Numbered from the whole stretch's first letter, positions 11,154 through 23,217 are shown. The stretch is 63,998 nt of DNA, filler included, from Streblomastix strix (GCA_008636045.1; 3 parts of 3 records of this genome joined end to end with filler, not necessarily neighbours in it), one strand, 5' to 3'. Numbers and translations: made by a program. The notes: a model not told the origin generated them from the sequence alone.

Positions 11154-12805
11154 CTATGTAATACTGAAGAGAAATGTTGAAAATTAAAAAATTCCATCAT
11201 ATGAAATGATTAATTTATGAAAATTTAACTATAAATAAATATTACTTGCTGTTGTAAGAAATATTTACGTTTTAATATATAAAAAAATATATATATTAAA
11301 AACATATGAAAAATTAAAATAAAATGATGATAAATATTTTAATATGCATTAAGTATATATATAATTAATAATAATCGAGTAATTATATATAATAAAGATC
11401 TTATTAAAGAGTTATTGCAATTAAATTTTTCCTTCTTTACTGTAAGCTTTATATAATTGACTGTTATAATTGATTAAAAAAAATCATTAATATAAATTAA
11501 AAAAAATTATTTTTTTCTATTTGTTGGCTTTACAACAAATTATTTTAAAGCAAAAAAATGATTAAATAGTTTTTATTATTGTATTAATATAAATATATAA
11601 ATTTTTAATTGCTTACGTTATATTGATAATCCATATTCATACACGTGTGTAACTGATGTGCTTGTAAGATAAAGTTAATGAAAATAATTTCATGCGTTTA
11701 AAATAACTCTTAGTATAGCTTTATATCTTTTGTCATGATTAAGAAATGCGACTATTAATTTAACTTGGGAAATATGCTAATAAAATAACCTACCAAAGAA
11801 AACTAAATTAAAGAATTATTTTTAAAATGGCATAAATTCCTTCTCAAGATTTTAAGATGCATTGTTACTATTTGTAGACATTATTATCTATTTTATAAAA
11901 GAAAACTACTTAAATAATTTTAATTCCAAATTCTCAAACATATTGCTCAAACATTTTTGAACAAAATTCAGAATTTTATCAAAACATTTATGATGATTTC
12001 AATGAACAATTCTATAATCGTTTAATTTCTTAAAAAAAACTAAATATACTGCGTAGAAACAATAAATCAGCAATTGAAAGTAGTTATGGGAATATGGAAA
12101 GTGCCCCACGATTAAAGATTTTTATAAATAATAATATTTATATAATGATATTAAATTATGTTAATAAATAATGATAAGCCAAATTTGAATTTGAATGAAG
12201 TTTTCCGCATGAAATAGGTTAATGAATTACAAGATTGATAATAAATACTGAATGTGCATGTGAATATTACTAATGATTTTGATTAATGATGCGAATCTTT
12301 GTACGTATGTAACTCTCCATATTCTCATAACTACTTAGGACAATTAATGGATTTGGTTGATGAATTTCATTCGTTAATGGAAACCTAAAATTTATTGACG
12401 AAATCATTTGCAAATTGAACAAAATATATCGTAAATGGTATGAAATAATTGAAGAAATCGATAATATTCTTCGTAATTGGCATATAAAAATGGATTGGTT
12501 AATAAATGTCTAAAAAGTGTCAGAGTGCCCAGACCCTAATAGTGTTTTAACTTATTATGGAAATTAGCTGGCAATATGCCAATGTGTCAAAAGATAGGAA
12601 TCATTGATATATTTCTCATTGCTGGAACCAAAAATAAAGTCGATTTGCAGCTCAAACATCTAATGGTTATGACTTATCTTCATTGGCATCTTCGTTTATG
12701 TCTTTTTTAATATCATATTTTTTAATTAATTCATTTATTATTATCAAATCATTAATATTCATGATTATTTTTTTAAGATTTTTGATTATTAGCAGTTGCA
12801 TATCA

Positions 12806-13036
12806 TTAACTTTTGAAACATAATTTGTTTAATTTTATTTATATTTGATTCTTGCATTTTTTATGATGCTCTCTAGCAGCAATCGTTGCTTGTTCTTTAT
12901 CAGTGTACTTCTTTGTACGTCCTTGTTTAGTTAAAGACACTACGTTTTAGATTCTACCTGCAGTTGCTTCAGTTTGTGATGATTCGGTTTGTGTTATTTC
13001 GTTGATTGTCTCGTTGATTGTCTCAATAGCTGTCAT
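12806..13036 (-). CDS. Small basic protein of the virus-like element (GRTKKY, AT-hook-like)
   Basis: MTAIETINETINEITQTESS...TKQGRTKKYTDKEQATIAAREHHKK; preceded by TATAATAA-ATG. 3' end approximate. Confidence 0.4.
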
Positions 13037-13099
13037 TTATTATACGACAAAAAATTAAAAAAGTAAAAATATATTTTATTTCCTTCTCATCTTAATAAA

Positions 13100-14090
13100 A
13101 AACTCTGTAGCATAATATTCTGGATGTGATTCTTTATTTTCACATTCATATTTACAATTATATGAACGTTCTTTTATTATATTTATTTTATAAGAATGAA
13201 TCAATAATCAGCATAAAACATTACCATTTACGTAACGAATAAACTCCGCTAATTAATTGAAATTTTTCTTTTATTTCATAAATTTTTATTATGTTTTTTA
13301 GAAATCAAGATATATTAGTATAATATTTCCTGCTTTAAATGATAATTTACTCTGTTATCTTTATCTTGCTTATTGTCGCTCTAAATTCTTCCTTTATGAA
13401 CATATATATTATCCTTCTAAATCTCTTAAAAATTGAATTTAATATGGACTATACATATTTTGAAACGCAAGATGTGGTATATTATTGTATATTCTAACGA
13501 CAATTTACATTTATTGATTCGTTGAAAATTAATTAAATTTATAACCAAACGCATTTCTTATTGTTTGAATAACTGAATTGACTACTCTATTATGATTAGT
13601 GAATTTTGAATCAGTGAAATAACCATTAATTTTATTCATTGAACAAAATAAAGCAAAATAAAAACTATTAAATCCTTTCTCTCCATCACCATGAATGTTA
13701 TTTATGAAATAGTTCTTTATTAATTTTTACAATTATCCAACTACTTATGCATTTGATTTATCTATTAAAAGATACACTATTAAATATTTTGAATTAATGT
13801 TTATGCAAAATAGATACAAATTTGCTTTTCTTCTTTATTTTATTTCGTCTTATTCGAAGATAGCATCATCATATTCATCGTTATTTTCCTGCAAAGTTTA
13901 ATCAACAGAAAAAACTATATCTATTTCCCAACTTCCTAACTTTGGAGAGAAATAAGGTCTTTGAATTTTTATAATAGTTTTAATTTTTAATTTTTCATCC
14001 GTACTTATGCATCTTTTTAGTTATAAACTTATTTTTATTTATTGAATTTTCAAATAATTTTAATTTTGTTTTAAAGGGATAATATAGCAT
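13100..14090 (-). pseudogene. Retroviral-like (rve) integrase, Polinton type
   Basis: RPYFSPKLGSWEIDIVF; YLFCININSKYLIVY; IHGDGEKGF; TNHNRVVNSVIQTIRN; VVRIYNNIPHLAF...SP. Motif order fits an rve core. Frameshifted. Confidence 0.8.
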
Positions 14091-16029
14091 ATTTTCCGCA
14101 TCGTTACCTTGAACGGGTGAGAATGAGTCTTTAGACCGGTTCGCAGAATTTTAAACATCTTTATCTATTTATTTATTTTTTTATTTATTCTATTTTGTTA
14201 GATCAAATTACGATTAAACTGAAATATAATAATATTACCAATCCGCCAATGTTCGTTTTTCAATAATTATTACATCAACTTTTTCTACGATAACATCAAT
14301 ATGTTTCTTCTTAACAGGTTTAAAGATATTTTTTATTAACTCCGATAGAGTCATTTTATAATGAACTTAATATACATTATCATCGAAATCTTACTATATT
14401 TCAAATTCATATTCTTTTCTTTGATATTTATCACCAGCAAAAGTCCTAAAGATATCCTCATACAAACTATTTTCGTTTAAAATTAATTTCTTTTAATAAA
14501 TTTGCATGTCTAACTCGTTAATTTTCCATAAAATGCTCCCATAATTAATTGTACTGTTGGCTCTATTCATCTTATGCGTATATATACTATATATTATTTT
14601 ATTCTTGTATAGATTATTTAGCATAAGCTTCATCGATAATTTATTCGTTTTGAAGGCCTTATTGAATGTCCTGTCTTATTCGTCTTACAAATGGTTCTGA
14701 TTATAATATTGCATTTCTAATTATTTTTCAATTGTTTCTATTATTATTTAAACCGATTTTATCTAAAATTAATGAAAATTAAGATCTTAATTCATTAACA
14801 TTTATTTTCTATTACATTTCAGGGTCATATAAAATTATTAATTCTCATATAATATTTGGAGTTAATTTTTAAGACCATAAATTTAGTTGATAATCCTCCA
14901 GCACTTCGCGCACTTCGTAAGCTTCGCGTTGATCGGGTAGCACTTCAGGTGATAATTCTAGTGATAGCTATTTGTTACATGTTTGGATCTATGTGACATA
15001 ATTCTACATTTACATCAATTATTATTATCGTTGCTCAATTTATAATTCAGGTGATTACTAATAGTTATGTGCTTGCATCTATCCAATATAATTCTACCTT
15101 AATTACAATTGTTATTATTCTGTTAATAATTACTGTACCGGCTAATAATCGCGTGCTTGCGTCCATCTTATATATTCTTATATATAAGTCATTTATTATT
15201 GTGTTTATCTGTGAAATTGATGAAGTAGTAAACTAAGTGGTAATAGCTCTAGTAGTTCTTGATTTGTAAGTTCAATCGGAGGCATAATCGCAGGCGTACA
15301 TCATCTTTATGATTCTTATCCCTATTTATCTGCAATTTATTTAAAATAAAAATTAAAAAAATTTCACTAATAAACTGGATTGCTAGGTAGATTGAATCAT
15401 AAAATATCGATAAAATCTGTGAAATTTACACGATAAATTGATATGAATTTTGAATAACTTTTGACTGCACTGAGTGCATCTAATGCATCGGGTCAGAAAC
15501 TTTCAACAAAAACTGCTGCCAGCCTGCCATTCTGCCACAAATGAAAAACTTTAATAAAAATAATAAATATCATTCAAACGATCTTATGTTTGTCTAATTT
15601 ATATTCATTGATGCTTTGTCATCTTTTTACTTAAATTTCACAATAACATTACATGGCAAATCCAAGAGCTTATGCAATCTTATTTCCAATCTAATTACCT
15701 TTATATTGTTAAGCAATAACGGTAGGCAGTTCTTTCTTATACAATCTCTTAGCAAGTGGAAAATATTCGTAATCTCCTTATTTACATTTGCTTTATTGCT
15801 TCTGTTATATATATGTCTATTTTTCCATCTTATCTTTCTAATATTTTTGCTATAGGAGTAATAATTAAAGAATTTCAAGTAGATGCCATTATTTATTATT
15901 TGATAGCCATTGGCAAATTTGTGCCATCATTAGTGTTTATGAATTTTTTAGCATCAACAGTGATTGTTCTGAAACTACTAGCTTTTATTGCTCTTTCCTT
16001 TTGCAGCTTAGTTATTGATAGCCATTTCA

Positions 16030-16654
16030 TGTAAAGACCGCCTTTTATTCCTTTATTTTATTTTACCTGCCAAAGTCGTTCGTTTTAAATCATTAACATC
16101 TGCAAAATATTATTTCTTCCAATATCTTTCATGTTAATGTTCTGGATCTCCAAATCTTACAGCTGTTGTATAACCATCGGCTGAATAAATTGAATTCTTT
16201 TTCTTACTATAAACAACCACATTATCAGAAGAGGCTACATTATCATCTAAATCCTATTCTGAAACACTAAATCGTTTGTCTGAATGTTTATAATTAATGT
16301 ATTTTTGAGCACTAATGGCAGATGATAACCCGTAAATTTTCTTAATTTATCTATTTAAATAACTAATGAGTGTAGCATGGGCATCCCTCACATCTTCTCT
16401 AAATTATGGGCCTGTATGCTTTCTTGTTCTTTGAATCATACTTGGATGGAATGGCTGCCTATCAAACGATTTTGGTCGTGATTTCATTCTGTCCTATCTT
16501 GTACTTGTGATTCATAATAATCATTATCATCATCCATTCCATCAATTTCCTTCAAACCACCACCACCTGCACCACTACCACTTGCGCCTTTTTCCGCTTC
16601 AAATTCTTCTCTTGCTTCCCTTTTAAGTGCTTTTAAATCGAGTATTTCCGACAT
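16030..16654 (-). pseudogene. Unknown protein of the virus-like element
   Basis: MSEILDLKALKREAREEFEAEKGASGSGAGGGG..., then after a frameshift ...EQDLDDNVASSDNVVVYSKKKNSIYSADGYT. No family recognised. Confidence 0.4.
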
Positions 16655-16723
16655 TCTATTTCTTATCGATAAAAAAAAGTTTTATATAATAAAATAACGA
16701 GTTTAACATAAAAAGTTGATAAT

Positions 16724-17445
16724 ATGTTAAAAGAAATAAAAGTGAATAAGCATGAAATTTAAACAATTATTCATAAAGAATTAAATTTTACATATAACTC
16801 TGTAAGTTTATTGATAGGTTAGCGTGGTAGTTGCAAGACGTATAATGTCTTCAAAGAGTAATAAAATTAAGTTAATTAAAAAAACATTGTTATACCTTAC
16901 TCATATATGTCAGCGACTCAAATAATGATACCACTTATAAAAATATGAAGGATTTAATTAAAATTCTGACTAAAATTATTTCATATGCTGAAGCAGATTA
17001 AGTGTTGAATGATTTGATTGAATATAAATAAGCATACGATGAAATTTAAGAAAAATAATAATAAAAAGAGCTAACGGAACAAACGAAAGATGATATATTA
17101 ATCAATGTGTTTGGAGCAAGTGGAGAAGTTAATTTTAACGTGAAATTTTCTCAAACTTTTGTTCTATTTAACGATGCAATGAGTTTATTTAAAAATAAAA
17201 ATAATCCACTATTTAGGAAGTTTTTTAAGGGTCGATAACCCAGAATAACATAATTCCTTTGTTTGTAGGACGTTATTGTTTTAGATGCTGCAATTATATC
17301 TAATCTTGATTCATTGTGGTTCTTCTGTTCATTTAACAGATTAAAATTTAATTAATTTTTCTATTAATCTTCTACCCCATCAGATAAAGAAACAATATGG
17401 TATGAAAAAGTGCGACTAATTAAATAATTAGCATTAGTGAGATGA
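16724..17445 (+). pseudogene. A32-like (FtsK/HerA) genome-packaging ATPase
   Basis: Walker A-like LLIGQRGSCKT (16817-16840), Walker B-like TFVLFNDA, and KGRQPRITQFLCLQD...IISNLDSLWFF resembling the A32 RH..is...Q....R.N motif. One frameshift. Confidence 0.8.
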
Positions 17446-18149
17446 AATAAAATGAGTTGAACAATTGTTAAAATAATCTGAGAAGCAATAGCTCAACATC
17501 TATGTTTCTCACTTATTAGCACATTAGCCTATTGGCAGCAAATTTCTAAAATAAAATAAAAACATCTTCATGGTATGGGCATCGTGAGCATTTTAAAGAC
17601 ATTCATTAACGATACCAAATCATCGTGCCAAATTAACGTTTTTCATTAAAGTTTTCGACAATTTGGCGGATCGACTGGCATTTTTCATAGAACCCATTTG
17701 ACTCGATGCACCCGATGCACTCGGTGCAGCTAAAAGTCATTCATTTCAGCACTTTAACCAAATGGTTCAGAATTTCCAAAAACTAGTCTAATTTATACTT
17801 AATCCTGTTCAACTAATCTTTGGTACAAGTTCTTATACATATATGACCTTCTTTTTTTGATAATTTATAGCATTTCAATTTATGTAATTTATTTAATTTT
17901 TATATTGATAGTTTAGATAATTATTATTAATTTTAGGAAATAAATTATTTGAAATCGTTTAAGCTCTCGAAACATATAACTCTTTTAATCTATCTTTCGA
18001 CCACTTCTTCGATTGGAAATTCTTTTTATTCATCCGTTTGTATTTAATATTTTAAAGAAAATTTATTGATTTTTCTATTGTTAACTAATATTCTTTCCAT
18101 TATATTTCAACAAAAAATTAAATTTTGTCTTTCATTTGTATTTATATTT

Positions 18150-19020
18150 GCGTATTCATTTAATATTTAATTTTATTTATAATATCATCAGCTAAATCTC
18201 CGTTATATATATATATAATACCTTTAAATTAAATTCCTACCTTATTTTTATTTAGATATTCTTTAATTGCACCATTTTTGGTCATAGCAATACATTTCTA
18301 ATTGTAGTACAACAGTACCTCTTTTAGTTCAAACATCGATTTACGACTAATGCATCTCTTATTTTTTCGTCGAACTTTTAATATTATGTTATTTTTATCA
18401 TCAACCTCTTTATATTAAACTGCCATAATATAAGCTGTTTCTTTGCCTAGTTGTACTGCTCTTGGTTTCAGTTGGTTTATTTCATAATCTTTTTAATTTA
18501 ATACCACTTTTAACCCATTATATTTAACTTTTATTTCTTCAATATTCCGATCAAATGTTATACTTTTGCACGATGCCATAGAAGTTGAAGCATCCAACTA
18601 ATATTCTAAATGAATTCTTTCTTTTAATAAATACATTATTTTATTAACATATTTCAAATATTTTACTGATATTTTCATACGGAATAAATTTAATAATTTT
18701 TATAAACATATGTTCTTCTTATTTTATTTCAGAAATATAATAGAAGTTAGTAAATCAGGGATTGGCTGAAATTCTGCCGACCCCTTAATTCGATGATAGA
18801 TTTATCGTCTTAAAACATTGGAGATACAGAAATATTTTTTAATTATGTATTTGATTTTTCTTTCTAATTTATTTACTAAAACAAATTTTGTTGCATTAAT
18901 AAAACTAACTTTGTCTTTAATTATAATATTGAATCCACTATACGAACAAATAATAAAATTTTCATTATTTGGTGCAAATGATTATATTATTCTGTTGCTT
19001 TATTCGTTAGTTGAATCTAT
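18150..19020 (-). pseudogene. KilA-N domain protein
   Basis: ENFIICSYSGFNIIIKDKVSFINATKF...IRRTYV, followed by a coiled segment and KPRAVQLGKETAYI. Frameshifted. Confidence 0.65.
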
Positions 19021-19221
19021 TTTATACAGAGATAAAAAGTTGAATTTATATAAAAATAAAACGATAAATTTTCTAGGGGGCATTTTCTTCCCCTAGAGTT
19101 GCCCGATGAGTCACATAAAAATATACGCATCAATGGGTCAGCTAAATTTAAACCAACCCCTGATTTACATCAATATTCAAGCTTTAAGTCAAGAACAAAT
19201 TTTAATAATGAATGATTTATA

Positions 19222-19575
19222 TCAAATAATTCTTAGTTCTAATGGAACTATATATAAATATTTGTTGTGGTTGTATTAGATGAAAGGCTTATGGACACGA
19301 TATTCATTACAATAGCCTACAAACTAATAGAAATATTATTTCTCTTGAACCATTGACTTATGAACAGAAATATCTTCGTTAGTGCCTTAGTTTGAACAAA
19401 GACATTTGCAGAATATTATTTTTCTTTAATTATCCGAATTCACAAATACATATGGTTATGCAAAACCTTCTCTTCTAATTTAATCGTTCTAATCGTTCTA
19501 TGCGATAACAACTCCGTCATTTTATGTTAAAATATAATATTTTAAGTTTTATGTTGATGTCATATTTGAAGCCAT
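19222..19575 (-). CDS. 117-aa beta-rich ORF beside the capsid-like gene (candidate minor capsid/penton)
   Basis: Open ATG-to-TGA frame with TAR=Gln: ...YVFVNSDNQRKIIFCKCLC...DISVHKSMVQEKQYFYQFVGYCNEY. Function inferred from size and position only. Confidence 0.35.
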
Positions 19576-19706
19576 TTATTATAAAATAAATAAAAATAAT
19601 TAATGAGCAGATAACTAAGGACCTATTTAATTAACCATATTATTAATGTTTAGGTGTTGATTATATATACAAATAAAAATATAAATAATTAACTAAACAT
19701 TTGTAT

Positions 19707-20772
19707 TCATCCTGTCAGTGATCCAAATATTTCATCAAATGAATGGTTAGTATCATATATGCAGCTACCACCAGCAGCGGGTAAGAATAACCAAAATGTA
19801 TCATGAACCTTGCATAAAATCGGAGGCGGTGGTCTCTTTCCGCTGGTATCTACATTATAGTATGAATCTGTAGCTCCGTGATATATTGGTGCTCCTCTAA
19901 GTTCGACAGATGTGTTTTAGTTCGGAGTGTCTAACGCGTCAAAAGTAAATGCCCTGTAGCTGTTTCTTTAATATTAAAGTGTCATCAGAAAGCTTGTAAA
20001 ATCGGAGTGAGGATTAAGTCTTCGAGTTACTGTATTTCTTGGTTTTGTTAAAGCATCATCGAACACATCAATAGCTTCGAATAACAAATCTAAATTGGTC
20101 GCGTTCAATTTTAATTAGAAGAATTATTCGTCATGCTTATTCATATGCATATCTGGAAAGTTTCGTCCGCAGGTCGTTACTTACACGTTCTGATAGCAAG
20201 GGTTTTCTAAGCAAGTTTTTGCTCTAGCATCTTTCGAAAATGGAAGACAGAAGTCGGTTACATGAGAAAAAGGAACATTTTAAGATGTTCATATTACCGT
20301 TAATGTAGCAATCGTTGGAAATGACTATAATTTCTACTGGCAGAGCAAGTACGATAAATGGACGTTAGCGCTTGAATTATCGGACTCGATTATGGCATGT
20401 ATCAGTAGCTTTATAACCTGCCATGTTAGCGGTTACTTCTGTTATGACATAATTTTTTATGCTTATGGTAATGGGTTTGATGTTGCATACTAAGTTCTTC
20501 AATACTGATTCAGGTAGTAGTTCCACATACAGTCCTATTATCAAATCAGCTATGCATCCAAATTACGTAAACTATTTAATATATTAGAATATCAGACTCC
20601 AATTTCTGAGCATCAAATCAAAATCCATTACCTTCTACTTACTATTACCTAATAACTCATTTTTATTCATTGTATAATATTTAGCCATTGAAATAATTTG
20701 ATTTACTAAACAGAAAACGAATGCATGCGGATTTATTTTGTATTATATTTTTAAATCACCAAATAATTCATT
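19707..20772 (-). pseudogene. Putative major capsid protein, C-terminal part
   Basis: LFGDLKIQYKINPHAFVFC...NYVITEVTANMAGY...SQNVPFSHVTDFCLPFSKD...ENPCYQNVQVTTCGRNFPD...SVELRGAPIY...PPPPILCKVHDTFWLF. Beta-rich, near the packaging ATPase. Jelly-roll fold is inferred. Confidence 0.55.
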
Positions 20773-21681
20773 TACAGTTTATTATGCTTCATAATTGGCG
20801 CATAATTGTGCCAATTTTGCTCCAAACCAATATATTATAAATGGTCCATCTTTAATAAAATATGCTGCTCTATTTGCCTTATATATAGCTAATTAATCCA
20901 TTAATTTAATATTACTATTTAAATAGTTAGTTCAATTTAATCCTTAAACTTCTGCCTCGATTAAATCAGTTTATTTTATGAATGTTTCATAGACATACGA
21001 TTATGCTTCAAACTAACCTTTCCAATTAACATTTCATGTATCCATAATGTCTATTTTTCTATAAATATTGGTATCAAAATTTATTTTCTTTGAAGAATCA
21101 TATTATTTATAATATTTAAAATTAAGTATAAGAGCAGTATTTGATGGAATCTGCCTATTAAATACAATATATGGCCAGTTTTGGTCCATATTACAAAATA
21201 CATTATATATATTAGGAGCATTGGTTCCAATCAATGCAATCACTTAATCACCAAATTTTGATCTTGCTTCAGAGGGATAACTTTTGAATAAATATCCACC
21301 AAACTAACGACCTCCTGGAAATAGACCTGTTGTTGCATTTGAAGCCGTTAGTGGGATTTTATCGCCATAAACGATTAATTATGGGTCTGAACCACTGGAG
21401 GCTAAGAAACTTTATCGCTCTAATAATGAAATCAAATCAAGTTTTGTTATTGCATTCGGCACTGGTGGCTCGAACTCTTCATTTGAGCCATCGCCAGAAT
21501 CATAGATAATATCATCATTATTTTTCAACCGCTATTGTAGAGTTTGGTCCCCAATAGGTACAGGTTGCGGTAGCTCTCCAATAGGCTTTGATTAACGTTC
21601 TTTGACATATGCATATAATTCTTGGAAGTCAGATAAACCTGCAGCGTCTAACAATTTTTCATCGATACAAACGTTAGACAT
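20773..21681 (-). pseudogene. Unknown protein of the virus-like element
   Basis: MSNVCIDEKLLDAAGLSDFQELYAYVKERQSKPIGELPQPVPIGD... about 300 codons with two internal TGA. Confidence 0.5.
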
Positions 21682-21724
21682 TTATATTCAATAAAAATAA
21701 ATAATTAATTCAAACAATTAATCT

Positions 21725-21952
21725 CAATCCGAGTTTTTATTTAAACCATGTAGCAGATGCACATTAGATGTATGTATTCGTTGTTGATTTTAGGGTTATA
21801 AGTCCATTTGAATGAATAATCGATATATGACCACCTTTATCAAAAGTATGAGTCGGAAATGCGATATATGTTATAACAGCAACATCATCCTTAACTAAAT
21901 ATCCCGGATTAAAAGTTCCTGCTTTAAAATTTCCTCCATTTACAAGTAATGA

Positions 21953-21983
<31 letters not shown>

Positions 21984-22108
21984 TGTATGTATATATATAT
22001 ATATATATATAGATTTCTAATTCTAATTAATTTATATTATATTACTGCACTATTCATACTAGAAAATGTAGATGTTTTTAAATCTTCAATCCCTCCAAAT
22101 GATGATAA
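21725..22108 (-). pseudogene. Fibre/receptor-binding-like protein C-terminus, interrupted by a microsatellite
   Basis: LSSFGGIEDL...YKLIRIRNLY [microsatellite] LLVNGGNFKAGTFNPGYL...IAFPT...IIHSNGLITL...CASATWF resembles tail-fibre tip beta-sandwich patterns. Confidence 0.35.
21954..22011. repeat. (TATG)n(TA)n microsatellite
   Basis: Directly visible. Confidence 0.95.
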
Positions 22109-22208
22109 NNNNNNNNNNNNNNNNNNNNNNNNNNNNNNNNNNNNNNNNNNNNTTAATTAATTAANNNNNNNNNNNNNNNNNNNNNNNNNNNNNNNNNNNN
22201 NNNNNNNN
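22109..22208. other. Artificial contig linker (N44-TTAATTAATTAA-N44)
   Basis: An identical 100-nt spacer occurs at 44309-44408. Confidence 0.97.
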
Positions 22209-22209
22209 G

Positions 22210-22801
22210 AGATAAAAATGTTTTTGAAACAATTTTTGATTTTACGTTTAAGAATGTATTAGTTATTTATTAATTTACATGTTAACTTTAATCACTTCGT
22301 GAACAATTTGGGTCTTTGTTGACTGAGGCCCATTGTTTGGTTGACAGTCTCGCAATAAATGGTAGAGCTCACTATACGTGATTTGCTACAAGAACACGAG
22401 GTCAAAGTCCATACCAAATGCGTGCTTTTGATTAGCATGAATTACGAAGAGTAAGTCCAGAAAGATCATCAGTTTGGGATCAAATAAGAGATGAAGAGCA
22501 AAACTAAGAAAGATTATCCATTTGGGGTCGATAAAGAAATCAAAGACCAAGTTCATATAGAATGTTAAATAGGTATTAATAAAGAAATCAAAGACAAAGT
22601 TCATTAGATATGCATTAGGAGATACTAAGGTTAGAATAATAATCAGAAAGTGTTCAAGAAGGCCGTTTAAGGTATCCGCTTATTGAAGGGCATACTTGTG
22701 GGAGGTTGATTAATGTTCCACTCTATCCAACAAAAGATGTCATGAAAAAGTACATATTGTATGCGTTGAATAACACGGATAGGGGATTTGGGACCAGTTG
22801 A
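22210..22801 (+). pseudogene. HECT E3 ligase C-terminal lobe (partial; in-frame TGA at 22379)
   Basis: YPLIEGHTCGRLINVPLYPTKDVMKKYILYALNNTDRGFGTS-TGA matches LPxAHTCFNxLxLPxY...L..Ai....GF. Confidence 0.75.
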
Positions 22802-23217
22802 TTATTGCATGTATTTAACTGCACACTTATAACCTTAACTCAGAGAGATTTATATTAATTTTTGATTTATTTTATACTGTTTCTCTTTTTTCATATCATA
22901 ATGGCGGATATTCAACATGTTTGATCTTGAACCAATAAACTCAACTATTCTGTTTCTAAATAAATGAATTTGTTTTATTATTGCACTATCAATATTATTT
23001 ATTTTATTATTATTATAAATTATGAGATATAATTCAACTAATTATTATAAATATTTGAATGTATCAGAATCTTTTTCTTCTTATAACAATATTTTATTAA
23101 TTAATATACAATTTAAACCATTTTACAACAACAACAAAAAAAACAGTTTCAATAATGCAATCTTCAATACAGAAATCATAAGTCACAATATTTGATCATT
23201 CTTCTTCTTCTTTTCAT

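Larger units (their letters stand above)
11640..22108. mobile_element. Degraded Polinton/Maverick-like endogenous DNA virus (runs off the contig end; left boundary approximate)
   Basis: Dense intronless ORF cluster containing an rve integrase, A32-like ATPase, KilA-N protein, putative capsid and fibre-like genes, with many frameshifts. Confidence 0.8.

Noticed and set aside
11640..12690. Possible DNA polymerase or primase-helicase of the virus-like element
   Set aside because: Coding-like fragments only; no PolB, AEP or Walker motifs recognisable.
22109..22208. TTAATTAATTAA palindrome within N runs (also 44309-44408)
   Set aside because: Identical artificial contig spacer. It is not biological, and gene neighbourhoods across it carry no meaning.
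22379..22381. In-frame TGA codons as Sec/Trp readthrough
   Set aside because: They occur only in partial or decayed sequences, mostly frameshifted TE or viral relics. The intact genes use TGA solely as stop, and no SECIS evidence was seen.
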